NCBI GenBank assembly: GCA_976551045.1
Contig: CDPCPM010000092.1
Location: forward strand, 4,712,001 to 4,776,000
Length of the DNA: 64,000 nucleotides
Reading direction: 5' to 3'
DNA from: Glaucostegus cemiculus
Lineage: Eukaryota
This document shows positions 25,257 through 38,825 of the stretch, piece by piece. Made by a program: the position numbers and the translations under genes. Positions within the stretch are counted from its first letter, which is position 1; each line of letters opens with the position of its first letter. Under the pieces are notes generated by a model. The model searched no databases, was not told where the DNA came from, and saw only the letters and a list, made by a program, of their open reading frames with translations.

Positions 25257-25541
25257 TCATTTAGAACCTTGGAAGTAAATCCCCAAACACAAACCACAGA
25301 TGCTAAGAGATAAGCCAATATTTTTCTTCACAGCTGGCCAATCCTTACAAAATAAATTCCCTGCCCAGTCCATAGTTAGCAAGAATAAAGAGCCATGTAT
25401 TCTGCCAGGATAGCTGACATGTACATCTGTGATAATACTCCCTTGATTGCCTCTATCATGAAAACAGATGCAGCCTGCTTCTCCTTTGGGGTGATTTGGA
25501 AAATAAAATGCAATCCTCCCACTATATGTAGCCAGCTTCAT
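25257..25541 (-). mobile_element. PIF/Harbinger DDE transposase relic
   Basis: IITDVHVSYPGRIHGSLFL resembles HARBI1-family F.DV.A.(W/Y)PGS.HDS.IL. Confidence 0.5.
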
Positions 25542-25914
25542 TTTGACAGACTGATTGCTTTGCCCTTCTAATTGTCATAATACATCATTTGAATATACTT
25601 GCCTCCCTTTGAATTGCCATTTCTGGATTCAGCATGTGGGTCATAGGGTGGAGGCCTGTTCAGTTTGATCCTCCCCTAAACACTTAACCAATGTTTAGCT
25701 TTTTTATCCACTGCAAATAAAGTGCAATGACTATAGGTTTTATATTAAAATCAGATTTAAATATGGTATATTTTATCAATCCTCTTGCAACTTGAAATAA
25801 CATGTTTTCTTTCTCCACCCATGTTAAGTATTTCCAGAACTCCTCATTTCATTTCAAATTTCCAGTATCTACAGGTAATATCATGTTCTTTTAAAAGTAG
25901 CAGTCATTTGGTGC

Positions 25915-26086
25915 ATCACATGAAGTGCTAGAGGAACTCAACAGGTCAGGCAGCATCTTTGGAGGGAAATGGACAGTCAACATTTCAGGTTGAGACCCTT
26001 CATCTGGACTGAAAGAGAAGATAGCCAGTAATAAAAGGGTGAGGGGAAGGGGTTGGCCAGATTCCAGCATCTGCAGTCTTGTGTCT
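25915..26086 (-). mobile_element. Penelope terminal repeat with hammerhead (25974-26011) and short inverted terminus
   Basis: Minus CAGTC-CAGATGA-AGGGTCTCAACCT-GAAATGTT-GACTG. 26057-26086 is the terminus in opposite orientation. Confidence 0.75.
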
Positions 26087-26512
26087 TGAGCCATCATTTG
26101 GTGCCTTAATGCTTTTATTTCAATATTTTTTTTGCCCACTTTCAAAAGTGCACACAAACAATAATGGAAAGTAAAGTATGTAGCTGAGCATGTTAGCAAG
26201 CTCACTCCAGACTCTACATCCAACATCTGCTGGTAACCCCATCTCTCCACTGGACTAAAGCATGACTTGGAGCATAGAGTCATATGGAATAATGTTTCTT
26301 TAGTATACATTGTTTTTGGATATTGCAGCAGAATTCAAAAATCTTTGCAATCATTTCAAAAAAATATATCAGACATTTTTGCAAAAAATGAATATGCAAA
26401 GCATGTTTCTTAATTAGAGTCATGGGGTTATACAGCACAAAAACAGGCCCTTCAGCCCAACATGCCCACCAAGATGCTGACTGCAAATAGTTATAGAAAA
26501 AGTGAAAACAAG

Positions 26513-26905
26513 TGTCACAATGTTGATTGAAGAGCAAGCTCACAGAGAACACAAATGCAGCACACAGGTACAAAACTGGAGTCAGGATACTTCCTCAGGA
26601 CCAAACACAGGCAGCAACTGGAAGGAATCTTGCCTCAGATCTGAGTAGTAATCCCAACACAAACTGAATCTTCAAGCAGGAATAGAGAACACAGGACTGC
26701 TCTAGAGTAGACCACTCTAAGCAGCAAGGTGCCAAAGGTTGACCAATCCGCTCGCAACTAGTGCTACAGAAACCCAGGTACTTATGCTAGGCCCCTGATG
26801 GGGCTCAGTTGTGTCATTGTGCAATCAGTCCAACATGGAATCCATGTGCTGTACAACGAGGCATCTAAGGAACCAAATCAAAGGCCAGTACTCAGAATCA
26901 TGACA
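26513..26905. mobile_element. Solo LTR, copy 1
   Basis: TGTCACAAT...ATCATGACA termini. End-to-end homolog of 51004-51400. No clear TSD (acaag / aggtt). Confidence 0.75.
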
Positions 26906-27705
26906 AGGTTTTTAAGTCATACCAAAAGGCAGGAGTTTGGAGCAACTTTATGGATGTAAAGATGCTCCAAGATGGTCAATCTGGGATCTCATGCTGCAAG
27001 CTTGTTTAGCATGCCCTTAGCACAAGATGACATCTTAGTGAAAGGAGTTGAAATGCAAACTAGGAGCAGCAACTGTGAGTAGTATTAAGGTTGGTAATTA
27101 AACAACAGGGCTCCTGATGCTTCTTTAATGAAGTTAAATGTCATTGTCAGCTTCCCACTGCAATTACCAAGGTAAAACCAAAACTGCTGGAAGTACTAAG
27201 CAGGCGAAGCAATTTCTGTGGAGAGAGATAGAGTTAATTTGTCAAGTCGATCAGAATTATCTGGGAGAGGAACAGAGCTACTTCAAGATGGGCAAAGTAT
27301 TCTGCACTGGGACTGCAACTATTGATCTGTCCAACAGCAACAGGCTGATCACAACCCATAAACATGCAGGTGGTCCATCCATCACACCAAGCATCTGATC
27401 TGCTAAACACATCAGTCTTCATCTGAAACCTGACCCTTTTAGGGACCTCTTATGAGCTGCTGTCTAGGCAGCATGTAGTGCCAGTCACTCAGCTGGTCCC
27501 AGTGACAGTGGTAGTGATTGACAAGATGCATTCCTCCTCTCCTCCTCCTTCCATGGAGATGTCACAGCTTTTGTGTGGTAGTGAATGCTGTCGCTCATTA
27601 CCAGACAAGCCAAGTTAGTGATGCAGAATGTGTGGGACTTAATACTTACACATTCCCTTGCAGACAAGCATTAAAAACTCTTTGACCTGAAATATTAACC
27701 CTGTT

Positions 27706-27912
27706 CCTGCATGGGTTTCCTCTGGGCACTCCGGTTTCCTCCGGGTGCTCCAGTTTCCTCCCACATTCCAAAGATGTACAGGTTAGGAAATTGCGGGCAT
27801 GCTATGTTGGCACCAGAAGCGTGGCAACATTTGCGGGCTGCCCCCAGAACACACTATGCAAAGATGTATTTCACTGTGTGTTTTGATGTACGTGACTAAT
27901 AAATATATCTTA
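27706..27912 (+). mobile_element. 5'-truncated V-SINE inside a Penelope terminus
   Basis: V domain with a local duplication of the tttcctc.ggg..ctcc.g unit, standard tail. Confidence 0.85.
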
Positions 27913-28449
27913 CCTTCTCTTTCCCTGCCAGACCTGCTGCCAACATTTTCTGTTTTTGTTGCAAGGTTATAACATTTCTCACAGTTCTATTTACCCTCCA
28001 ATCAATGTGCATTCAAAGAAATGTACGTTAGAATGCCTTGGTCCAGATCTTCCACTGTCCTGAGGTCGCTGGTCATTTGCATTCTGGACCACGTTTCTTC
28101 CAACATGGTCTCAGGTGCAGTCTTCTACAGGGATGGCAGCTCCTAGTTCCTCAGCAGGGACCAAACCGCCACAGGGCCACTCCCAGAGCAAGTAGCCAGC
28201 TGCACTGACACAACTGCTTGGACAGAGGGTGAGGGCCTACCCCAGGCTCACCAGCTGTCAGAGCTGTACTTTAAATTGAACATCTGACATTCACAAACAT
28301 TGAAATTTACCCAGAACCTGGGTAAAAATAAAAAGGTTAAGAATGTTATAATTATTTAAAAATGCTTAAGCTCTAAAAACACACACAGGTACTTAGAAAC
28401 AACTTAAAACATTTTAAACTAAATTAATTACACCAAGCAAAAAGATTTG

Positions 28450-28645
28450 AGAAACAAAGGATTGCAGATGCTGGAATCTAGATAAAAAACACTATGATAA
28501 TGGAGGAAATCAGCAGGACAGGCAACACCTGTGGACAAAAGCAGGCAGTCAACATTTCAGCTCAGGACCCTTCTTCAGGTCTGAAGATAGGAAAAGGGGA
28601 AGCCCGATATATAGGAGGGAAAAGCAGAGCAGTGATAGGTGGACA
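28450..28645 (-). mobile_element. Penelope terminal repeat with hammerhead (28546-28583)
   Basis: Minus CAGAC-CTGAAGA-AGGGTCCTGAGCT-GAAATGTT-GACTG. Paralog of 2803-3000. Confidence 0.75.
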
Positions 28646-29723
28646 TCGTCCCACAGCTGGTGCAGTACTGATCAGAAGGCTGCATGACAGCCTCCACTCA
28701 GGGATAGCCCAGTTACAGGCATGTTCTCAGGAGAAGGTGATCCTGTGTTCCCACCCAAAACCTCTATAGATCTCTAGGGTTGATTTTCTCTGCTATTCTA
28801 CTAAAGCAAGAAAATGAAGGGAAAGGGGGCTGAAGCCCAATTCTAAATCCCAGCCCCTACTGGAATCTTGACCAAGACTGACCATTCTATCTAGTTTAGC
28901 CACCTACCCATTGACTACACCTCAGTACTGTATATTTGTATGTAAATGAATCACATGTACATGTGATATTTGCACCCATGTAGTTATTGTTAGTATCCAA
29001 TCAAGGGTTAACACATGTTCTGAAGCTCCAGATGCTCACCAGTTCTACCACAGGACCTTTCAACATGCTATACTCAGTATTTAAATCAAGATTTAAGTGA
29101 GCACTTTCCACCCCATTTAGGCCCCTTCCTTTAGCAAGAAGGTCTAGCTCCCTAATAACCTTTAATTTTAACTTTAAATTTTTTTTATCCCCAAAGAATC
29201 TTCCTCCAGTTCTGTGTTATGGGTTACACCATATGTTTTTCTTCCTGTCAGCAGGAAGCTGTCTCTCAGTAAGGTGGGGACCCTGGAGATTTAATGTGCT
29301 GGGACTCTGGAATTTAAGCTGAGAAAGAATCACTTAAGTCCAATAGTTCCTAGCTACAAAGGTGGTCAGATAATCTGTTTTCTTTTTCCAGTGTTTTCAG
29401 TTGAAGGATAAACATTGGAACCTCTGACTTTCCAACAGGTATGGGAGCTTGTTTAACCTTGTCTGAGAGATGGATGGCAGCTGATATTTTGGCTTTTAAA
29501 TCAACAAGTAGCTTCTGCTTGTTCCTGTGATATTTTAAACTCACTTAGACAATGAGAGAAAACAACCAACACAAGAAAAAAGTTTTCTGTGTGCTTTGCA
29601 GCACTTTCAGAAAAGGTCATAGTGTTTTTCTGTAGGAAGAGTCAAAAATGATGATCTGGAATGAGTTTGGTGATATAATACAATATATCAAAACACAGAA
29701 GTGAAAGACATCTTGTGTTACCA

Positions 29724-29851
29724 ATGAGCTCAGTCTGAAGCACACTCAGAGAGTCACTGAACCAGGCAAGAGTGCAAAAGAAATCTCAATCATGAGAGGA
29801 CTCAAGGGGGCAGAATTTAGCTCAATAATATTTAATAATTGGGCACTAGGG
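29724..29851 (+). repeat. 128-bp direct repeat, copy 1
   Basis: Aligns without gaps to 30962-31089, 6 mismatches counted by eye. Confidence 0.95.
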
Positions 29852-30054
29852 GCACTGATGTAGTATATACAACATTGGTGCAAGGCACATTAAAGGTGAG
29901 AGGAAGCCACTTCAGAAGCACTGGTGTGGGAAGTGCAGTCATCAGAACAAATGTGATTGGAGCTGAAGCAATTGGGAGGATGGTATGTGGTCATTACAGG
30001 AAGTGTAGTCAAGATAGCTATGGGAATCTACAGCTTGTAATTGTTATTGGTCAC

Positions 30055-30205
30055 TTATCCCCTGAGAGAGAGCTAGAGCAGTGAAGAAAGGGAAGGGAAG
30101 AGTCAGATATAGACCTTGTGAAAGTGAGAGGAAGGTGAAAATTGGCAGCAAAGCTGATGAAGCATTCAAGTTCTGTACAAATGGAGGAAGCAGAGGCAAT
30201 AAATA
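30055..30205 (-). mobile_element. Penelope RT C-terminal fragment
   Basis: ELECFISFAANFHLPLTFTRSISDSSLPFL..S.SLSGD. Confidence 0.75.
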
Positions 30206-30209
30206 GGCA

Positions 30210-30960
30210 TTGTAGATAGTGCAGAAGGTTGCCAAAGGATACAGCGGGATATACACCAGTTGCAGGTGTGAACAGAGAAATAGTAGATGGAGTTTAATCC
30301 GGCCAAGTGTGAGGTGTTGCACTTTCAGAGATCAAAGATAAAGGGAAAGTACACAGTTAATAGCAAGACCCTTAATAGCACTGATGTACAGAAGGGATCC
30401 AAGTCCACAGTTCCCTGAAACTGGCTGCACAAGTTGATAGGGTGGTAAAGGTGGCATATGGCATATTAGTTGAAGCATTGAGTTCAAGTGTCAGGAAGTT
30501 ATGTTGCAGCTTTATAAAACTCTGGTTAGGCCACATCTGAAATATTGTATTCAGTTCTGGTCACCTCACTATAGGAAGGGTGGAGACTACACAGGAGGGT
30601 GAAGAGGAGGTTTAGCAGAATGCTGCTGGGATTAGAGGGCATGTGCTATTAGGAGAGGTTGGGCAAACTTGTTTTTTTTTTCCTCTGGAGTGGCAGAGGC
30701 CAAGGGGAGACCTGATAGAAGTTCATAAAATTGAGAGGCGTAGGTAGGGTGGACAGTTGGTAAGTTTTTCCACCCCAGAGTCAAAATGTCTAATACTAGA
30801 AGGTATGTATTTAAGGTGAGGGGGCAAGTTCAAAGGAGGTGTGCTGGGCAAGTTCTTTTTTTAGAAAACACAGTAGTGGGTCCCTGGAATGTGCTGCCAG
30901 GTTGGTGGTGGAGGTAGATACAATAGAGGAATTTAAGAGGCTCTTAGATAGGCACATGGA
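30210..30960 (+). mobile_element. CR1 ORF2 C-terminal fragment lacking the 3' tail
   Basis: MEFNPAKCEVLHF, QLYKTLVRPHL.YCIQFWSPHYRK, FKRLLDRHM, then abrupt end. Confidence 0.9.
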
Positions 30961-30961
30961 T

Positions 30962-31089
30962 ATGAGCTCAGTCTGAAGCACACCCAGAGAGTCACCAAAC
31001 CAGGCAAGAGTGCAAAAGAAATTCCAATCATGAGGGGACTCAAGGGGGCAGAATTTAGCTCAATAATATTTAATAATTGGGCACTAGGG
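30962..31089 (+). repeat. 128-bp direct repeat, copy 2
   Basis: See 29724-29851. Confidence 0.95.
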
Positions 31090-33339
31090 TGAAATGTTTG
31101 CACTTCAGTGAGGATTTTGGTACATTGCTCTACTATAAACAGATTTATGAGGACAAAGCTCTCAAGGTAGCCCTGGCCATCAAAGTCCATGCATCAGTAT
31201 ACTTTCAGGCTGGAGGAACGTCTTGCAGCTTGCTACCTATTGTTACCTATGGCTTCCTCAACATGCAAAGGTCCCACTGACTGTACACAAGTTATTTTGT
31301 CAGTTCTGTGATTCTGCTTACTCAAGGCCCATTAAGCACATGACCAAACATAACACATCATACAGGTTAGTGCCTGGCATTGTGGCAGCAGTTGTAATCC
31401 TTTCTTTCCATTGTACTATGTGTTAAAGCCACTGTGCATTAAGGCTATGCACTGATAAGATGTCTGATGACCACTACATACACAAATGACAACATACCAA
31501 TGGAAGCCACAGTGCAATTCAGATGTGAATTAACACAGTAGCCTGGATTTTAATCAAGTTGGCCCTGCTATCTATGCTTGCTGTTGATCTATATTGATAT
31601 CACAACAGAAGGGTATCCTTGCTGGCCAAGACTCTGCTGATACCAAGAGATGAGATCTAGTGAAATGGAGCAGAGATACACACCTGGACCCAAACAAGCC
31701 CCAGGCAGTACTGCACGACCAGCTTGACCAACAAAGCCATGCCCCACTATTGTTCTCTGCCAAAGATGTCCAAGTTAGTAAATGCTTCTGAAAGTCCCTG
31801 CCATTCCAGAAAGCCTAAAAACAATTAAAAATTGAGTAAACCCTTTAAAACATGTTTGAAATTGTTACTAGGGTTTTTAAAATTTTAATATATCACCTAA
31901 AAACATTAATATACCACTTAAATTACAGAAAACAAACAAGCAGTCAAAACTATGTTACCTTATTCTTATCTTCCTCCTCAATGCACTAATCCCTACATAA
32001 ATTAATGGTATGCAAATCCTGCTCCAAGATTAATCTGTTTTCAGGGTCTGTCCATATCCCCATAATTGTATTGTGTAAACCTTTCTAGGGGTTTCTGCTT
32101 TTCACTGCTCCAGAGCTTTGCCTTTTCTTACATGGAGCCACATTCTGTCATTGTGTTCTAACAGGGAATCATCCTGTCTTGGGAAGAAGACAAGGAAAAC
32201 AAAGGAAGGGAGGAGATAAATCAAAAAGTAATAGCAAGAGGTGTACAAAAATAGCTGCTGTACAAAGGTTAACAGGACTGAGACATAATAAATTAATGAG
32301 ACTGAAAGCAAAGTGTGTGACAACTGGAAGTTGAAAGCTTAAATAATGGAATAAGAGATGGGAGCCTATAAACTCCACCAGTGAACAGGGCTTCATCAAT
32401 AGGAACTGGAAAAGCAAGGGCTGAAAAATGGCAAGCATGAAAATTTCAGCTCCCTGGATGCTTTATATACCACACTAAATCTTAGCTGTTTACCTTTGCA
32501 GCTCACTCAGAGAAGAGCTTGAATTCCATTAAAATATCAACTAGGTTATTAACTGATGGAAAAGCATTTAATGACAGTGCTATCATTCACTCATAACTTT
32601 TGCAGAATACTTTCAGTGCCAGATCCTCTTGCCAGAGTCACTTGAAGGGAAAAAGAAGAAAATTAAAATGATGTCAGGAGACAACAGGGTGGACTGCTGC
32701 TGTTGTTCTGTCACTGAACATTTCAGCAGGCCTGCGCAAAAGTCAATGGCAAAGCAAATCTCTAAAGATTGCAGTTCAATAAGGAGATAGTTACAGACAA
32801 GCGATTAACCCAAAACTTTGGCCCTGTAGCTGGGAAATGGTGTAAGTAATGTCAAGAAGTCCCCAGAACAGAGCTCTTGATAAATTTAAGAGCATGCAGA
32901 TTGAGGTGATGTCTCAGAGCTTACAAATCCAGAGGGAACTACTGGTGAAACAAAAGGCTGGGGGTATGGAGATTGTGTGTTGTGAGCTGAATGGACAGAG
33001 GGAAATTACAAACCATGACTAGGTGAGTGAGGATCAGGCAATGGAGGGTAACTGGCAGATTACAGGGCATGGGTGGGTACAAATCAGGAGTTGGGGGAAG
33101 TCATGAGGTCATGGAGCGGCAGACTGGTGGTCAAGAAGTGGAAGGGATGGGTCATTGAATTGGAAGCAGGAAGCTGAGAATTAGGGGGATGAGTGCAGGG
33201 TTGTTAGTTTAGAAGCAGGAGCCAGGGGATCCATGATTGGGGGGCCACACCTTGTGATGGATTAATGTAATGTGATTAATATTCAGATAACAGAGACAAG
33301 CATTGCATTATTTTCCATCATAATATAAAACTTTCCTTT

Positions 33340-33935
33340 TAAAAGCATCTTCCCTCGTGGCTTCTCCTCCGGGATAAGGCAAGAACAAGTCCTTTGCCCC
33401 CCCCCTCCACATTCAACAGGTCACCATATCCTCCAGCTCAAACAAAATGCACCACCAGGCACACATTTCTCTCTCCTCTCTTTTCAGCATTTCAAAGAGC
33501 TCACTCTCTTTGGGGCTCCTTGGTCTGTTCTTCTGTCCCTGCCTACCACATGCCACTCTCCCTTGCAAACACAGAAGATGCAACACTCATACTTTCATCT
33601 ATTCCCTTTCTGCCACCCAGGGACCCAAACAATCCTTCCAGATGAAGCAGGTAATCACCTACATTTCTTCCCATCTCGTGTACTGCATTCAGTGTTCACC
33701 ATGTACTTCCCCTCTACAATGGAGAAACCAAACAGATTGGGTGATCATTTTACAGAACACCTGCACTTAGTCTGCAGGAGCAACCCTCAGCTTCTGGGTG
33801 CCTGCTGCTTTAATTTATCATTTCACCCAGAGCTTTCTGTCTGTAGGCTCTTCCACTATTACAACATCGCAAGGCAAGTTTGAGGAATAACACCTGGCCT
33901 TCAATCTGGGCATGTTATAGCCTTCCAGACAATAT
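33340..33935 (+). mobile_element. Penelope-like GIY-YIG endonuclease relic
   Basis: CKHRRCNT..QGPKQSFQ..SSHLVYCIQCSPC..YNGETK..LGDHFTEHL..V across frameshifts. Confidence 0.85.
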
Positions 33936-33944
33936 ACCAAATTC

Positions 33945-34215
33945 ACTATGCATTTAAGGTGAAAGGGGGTAGGTTCTGAACAGATGTGAGGGGTACATTT
34001 TTTTTTACTCAGAGTGGTGGGTGACTGGAATGCATTGCCTGATAGGGTGGTGGAGGCAAATTCATTGGGGGCTTAAGAGGAGCTTGGATGGGCACATGAA
34101 TGAGAGGAAAATGGAGTGATATGCGCATTCTGTAGGTTGGAGGGATTAGCTATGTCAGCACAACATTGTGGACTAAAGGGCCTGTTCTGTGCTGTACTGT
34201 TTTATGTTCTATGTT
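33945..34215 (+). mobile_element. CR1 3' fragment
   Basis: FTQRVV..WNALP remnant, aagggcctgttctgtgctgtactgttttatgttctatgttc tail. Confidence 0.85.
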
Positions 34216-35001
34216 CACTATCTTTAGGTAATTCACTCTTTCTCTGCCTGTATCAGATCTGGCCACTTGCGCCCATCACGATTTTGACTTTGTTTTACTC
34301 TATTCCTATAGTCTGGTCTGCTGAGCATGTCTCAACCTCATAATTAACAACACATCACATAGGCAAAGGAGGAAATTGTGCTTGTAACTGTCCCCATTAA
34401 CCCTTTTAAACTCATCCTATTAGTGATGGTAGATGATTGCTTTTGTGATTGGATGTCTTTGACCAGCAGCATACCACAGGGATTGTTGCTGGGACCCTTA
34501 CTGTATTTAAATATACATTAAAAACAATTTGATTGTGAATGTAGAAGATATGGTTAGTAAGTTTACAGGTGGCACTAAAATTGGTGGTGTTATTAGTGAG
34601 GAGGCCAGTCTTAGGCTGCAAGATGAAATTGATGAATTGTTAAAATTGAAAGAGCAATGGCAGATGGAATTTAATTCTATAACTATCTTGAATGACTAAT
34701 AAGGTAGGGCATACACAAAAAATGGTATGACCCCAATGAGAATTGAGGAACAGAGACTTTAATGCACAGGTCCAAGGATCCCTGAAGATAGACAAGTTAG
34801 TTAGCACGTATGGATACTTGCCTTCAATAGACAGAGCATACAATACAAGAGCAGGGAGTTTATGGTACAACTTTATAACAAAATATTACTCAGGCTACAG
34901 CTGGAGTACTCTGTGCAGTTCCAGACAATAGGAGCAGAAGTAGACCATTCAGCCCTTCGAGACTGCTCCGCCATTTTGAGATCATGGCTGATCCTCAACA
35001 C

Positions 35002-37810
35002 TCAATATCCTGTTCGTGCCTTGTCCCCATATCCCTTGATTTCCCCTATCTATAAGAAACCTATCTAGCTCCTCCTTGAAAGTGCCCAGACAATTGGTCT
35101 CCACTGCCCTCTGAGGAAGTGCGTTCCACAAACTCACAACCTTCTGGGAGAAGTTTTTCCTCACCTGTCCTAGATGGCCTACCCCTTATTCTTAAATCAT
35201 GTCCTCTGGTCTTGGACTTCCCCAACATCTGGAACATATTTCCTGTCTCTATCTTGTCCAATCCCTTAATAATCTTGTATGTTTCAATCTGATCCCCTCT
35301 CAATCTTCTCAGTTCCAGCATGTACAATCCCAGTCTATCCAACCTCTCTGCATAAGACAGTCCCGACATCCCCGGAATTAACCTTGTAAACCTATGCTGC
35401 ACGCCCTCTAGAGCCAGGACATCCTTCCTTAACCCTGGAGACCAAAACTGTACACAATACTCCAGGAGCAGTCTCACCAGGGCCCTGTACAAATGCAAAA
35501 GAATCTTTGCTCTTGTACTCAATTCCCCTCATAAAACAGGCCAACATTCCATTAGCCTTCCTCACTGCCTGCTGCACTTGCTCATTCACTTTCAGCAACT
35601 GATGAACAAGGACTCCTAGATCCCTTTGTACCTCCTTTTTACTTAACTCCACACCATTCAGATAATAATCCACCTTCCTGTTCCTGCTCCCAAAGTGGAT
35701 AACCTCACACTTATCCACATTAACCTTCATCTGCCAAGTATCTGCCCACTCCCCCAACCTATCCAAGTCACCTTGAATCCTCCTAACTTCCTCTACACAT
35801 GTCACCCTGCCACCCAACACTATCATCAGCAAACTTGCTAATGATATTCTCAATGCCTTCATCTAAATCATTAACATAGATTGTAAACTGCTGCGGTCCC
35901 AGCACCAAGCCCTGCGGCACCCCACTAGTCACGGCCTGCCATTCCGAGAAACATCCATTCACCCCTACCCTCTGTTTCCTATCTGCCAACCAGTTTCCTA
36001 TCCAAGTTAGGACCATCCCCCCAATTCCATGAGCCCTCATTTTACCCACCAATCTCCTGTACGGCACCTTATCAAATGCCTTCTGAAAGTCGAGGTACAC
36101 AACATCCACCGAATCTCCCTCGTCTATTTTCCTGGTTACAACCTCAAAAAACTCCAGTAGATTAGTCAAGCACAATTTGCCCTTGGTAATTCCATGCTGA
36201 CTCAACCCAATCCTATCATTGCTATCCAAATATGCCACTATTTCATCCTTAATAATGGACTCTAGCATCTTCCCCACCACAGACGTCAGGCTAACTGGAC
36301 AATAGTTCCCCGTTTTCTCCCTCCCTCCTTTCTTAAGTAGTGGGATAACATTGGCCACTCTCCAATCCTCAGGAACTGACCCAGAATCTAGGGAACATCA
36401 GAAAATGATCACCAATGCATCCACAATTTCTAGAACCACCTCCTTCAGCACCCTGGGATGCAGACCATCTGGACCTGGGGATTTGTCAGCCTTCAGCCCC
36501 ATTAGTCTACCCATCACCATTTCTTTCCTAATGTCAATCCACTTCATTTCCTCCATCACCCTCTGCCTTTTGTCCATCCATACCTCTGGGAGATTTCTTA
36601 CATCTTCCCCAGTGAATACAGATCCAAAGTACTTATTAAATTCAACTGCCATCTCCCTGTTTCCCGTAATAATTTCACCCGATTCAGTCTTCAAGGGCCC
36701 AACATTGTTCCTAACTAGCTTCTTTCCCTTCACATATCTAAAAAAGCTTTTGCTATCCTCTTTGATATTCCTAGCTAGCTTGCCTTCGTACCTAATTTTT
36801 TCTTCCCGAATTACCTTTTTAGTTAAATTCTGCTGCACCTTAAAAATTTCCCAATCTTCTGTCTTCCCACTTAGCTTAGCTCTGCCATACTTCTTCCTTT
36901 TTAACACTATGCTATCCCTGACTTCCTTTGTCAGCCACGGTGGCCCCTTTCCCCTCTGAGTCTTTCCTTCTCTGGGGAATGAACTGATCCTGCACCTTGC
37001 ACATTATTCCCAAAAATACCTGCCATTGCTGTTCCACTGTCAATTCTGCTAGGATGCCCGTCCAGTCAACTTTAGCCAGCTCCTCCCTCATGGCTCCATA
37101 GTCTCCCCTGTTCAACTGCAATACTGTCCCTTCTGATTTGCCCTTTTCCCTCTCCACTTGCAGATAAAAACTTATCATATTATGGTCACTACCTCCCAAT
37201 GGCTCCTTTACTTCGAGATTCTTTATCAAATCCTGCTCATTACACAGCACTAAATCCAAAATAGCCTTCTCCCTGGTCGGCTCTCGTACCAGCTGCTCCA
37301 AGAATGCATCCCGGAGGCACTCTATAAACTCCCTTTCCTGGGGTCCAGCACCAGCCTGATTCTCCCAGTCCACTTGCATATTGAAATCCCCCATAACTAC
37401 TGTGACATTACCCTTGCCACATGCCAACGTTAACTCACTATTCAGCTTGCACCCAATATCCATGCCACTGTTCTGAGGCCTGTAGGTAACACCCATTAGG
37501 GTCTTTTTGCCCTTACAGTTCCTCAGTTCTATCCACACCAACTTTACTTCTCCTGATTCAATGTCCCCCCTTGCAAGGGACTGAATCTCATTCCTCACCA
37601 ACAGGGCCACCCCACCCCCTATGCCCACCTTCCTGTCCTTACGATAGCACGTATACCCTTGAAAATTCACTTCCAGGTCTGATCTCCCTGCAGCCATGTC
37701 TCCGTTATTCCAACAACATCATACTTACCCATTTGTATCTGAGCTTCAAGCTCACCTACCTTATTTCTGACACTCCATGCATTCAGATATAGGATTTTTA
37801 ACCCATTTCT
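35002..37810 (-). pseudogene. CR1 ORF2 (APE endonuclease plus reverse transcriptase), frameshifted
   Basis: [70 protein letters not shown], split over at least five ORFs. Confidence 0.95.
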
Positions 37811-37879
37811 CCTCTCTCCATTTGTATTATATTCCTAAATTGTGTAGGTCCTACCTGTCCTCTACCCTCCATCTCGCTA

Positions 37880-38825
37880 TCCTCTCTCATTCCAGATCCC
37901 CTCCCCCTGCAAATTTAGTTTAAACCTCCCCTGAGCAGCACTAGCAAACCTTCCTGCAAGCATGTCAATACCCCTCCAGTTCAGGTGTAAACTGTCTCGT
38001 TGGAACAGATCCCACCTTCCCTGGAACAAAACCCAATTATCCATAAACCTGAAGCCCTCCCTCTTGCACCATCCCCTCAGCCATGTATTAATCTGTCTAA
38101 TCTTCCTATTCCTTCCCTCACTCTCATGTGGCATAGGTAGCAATCCTGAGATTGTCACCCTGGATGTCCTGCTCCTCAACTTAGCACCTAACTCCCTGAA
38201 CTCCTTATGCAGGACCTCCTCTCTTCCTGCCCACGTCATTACATGGATAACAACATTTGGGTTCACTCCCTCCCGAGAATCACCTGAACCCGATCAGAGA
38301 TATCCCGGACCCTGGCACCAGGTAGGCAACATACCATCCGGAAGTCCTGATCTTCCCCACAGAATTTCCCATCCATCCCCTGACTATAGAATCCCCTATC
38401 ACTACCGCCCTCCTCTCTTCCTTCTTCCCCTTATGAGTTGAGGGTCCAGTCTCAGTGCCAGAGACTGGACCTCCGCAACTAGTTCCTGGTAGGTCATCCC
38501 CACCAACAGTATCCAAAGTGGTATACTTATTATTGATGGGGACAGCCACAGGGGTGCTCTGCTCTATCTGCCTGCTCCCCTTCCCTCCCCTGACAGTTAC
38601 CCAGTTACCCTCCTCCTCTCTTATTAGTGTGACTACCTCCCTATAACTCTGATCTATCTCTGCCTCCGCCTTCCAAATGATCCGTAGTTCATCCAGCTGC
38701 TGCTCCAATTCCCTAACTCAGTCTGTTAGGAGCCGCAGCTGGACACACCTTTTGCAGGTCAACTGTGCTGACCCTGACCTCCCACATACTGCATACAGAG
38801 CACATCACTGCTCTGTCTCCCCCAT
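37880..38825 (-). pseudogene. CR1 ORF1 (zinc finger/leucine zipper plus SGNH esterase), frameshifted
   Basis: CSVC..CKRC..RELEQQL, VVIGDSIVRG, VTISGLLP, DSLHLN. Confidence 0.9.

Noticed and set aside
32612-32670. Strong minus-strand polypyrimidine acceptor before TGACTCTGG
   Set aside because: The nearest donor (GTATTC) is weak and longer read-through hits stops.
35002-38825. Clustered RT, endonuclease and esterase ORFs as a novel RT system (retron or DGR-like) or an active gene
   Set aside because: This is the standard CR1 ORF1/ORF2 architecture with many frameshifts and stops.
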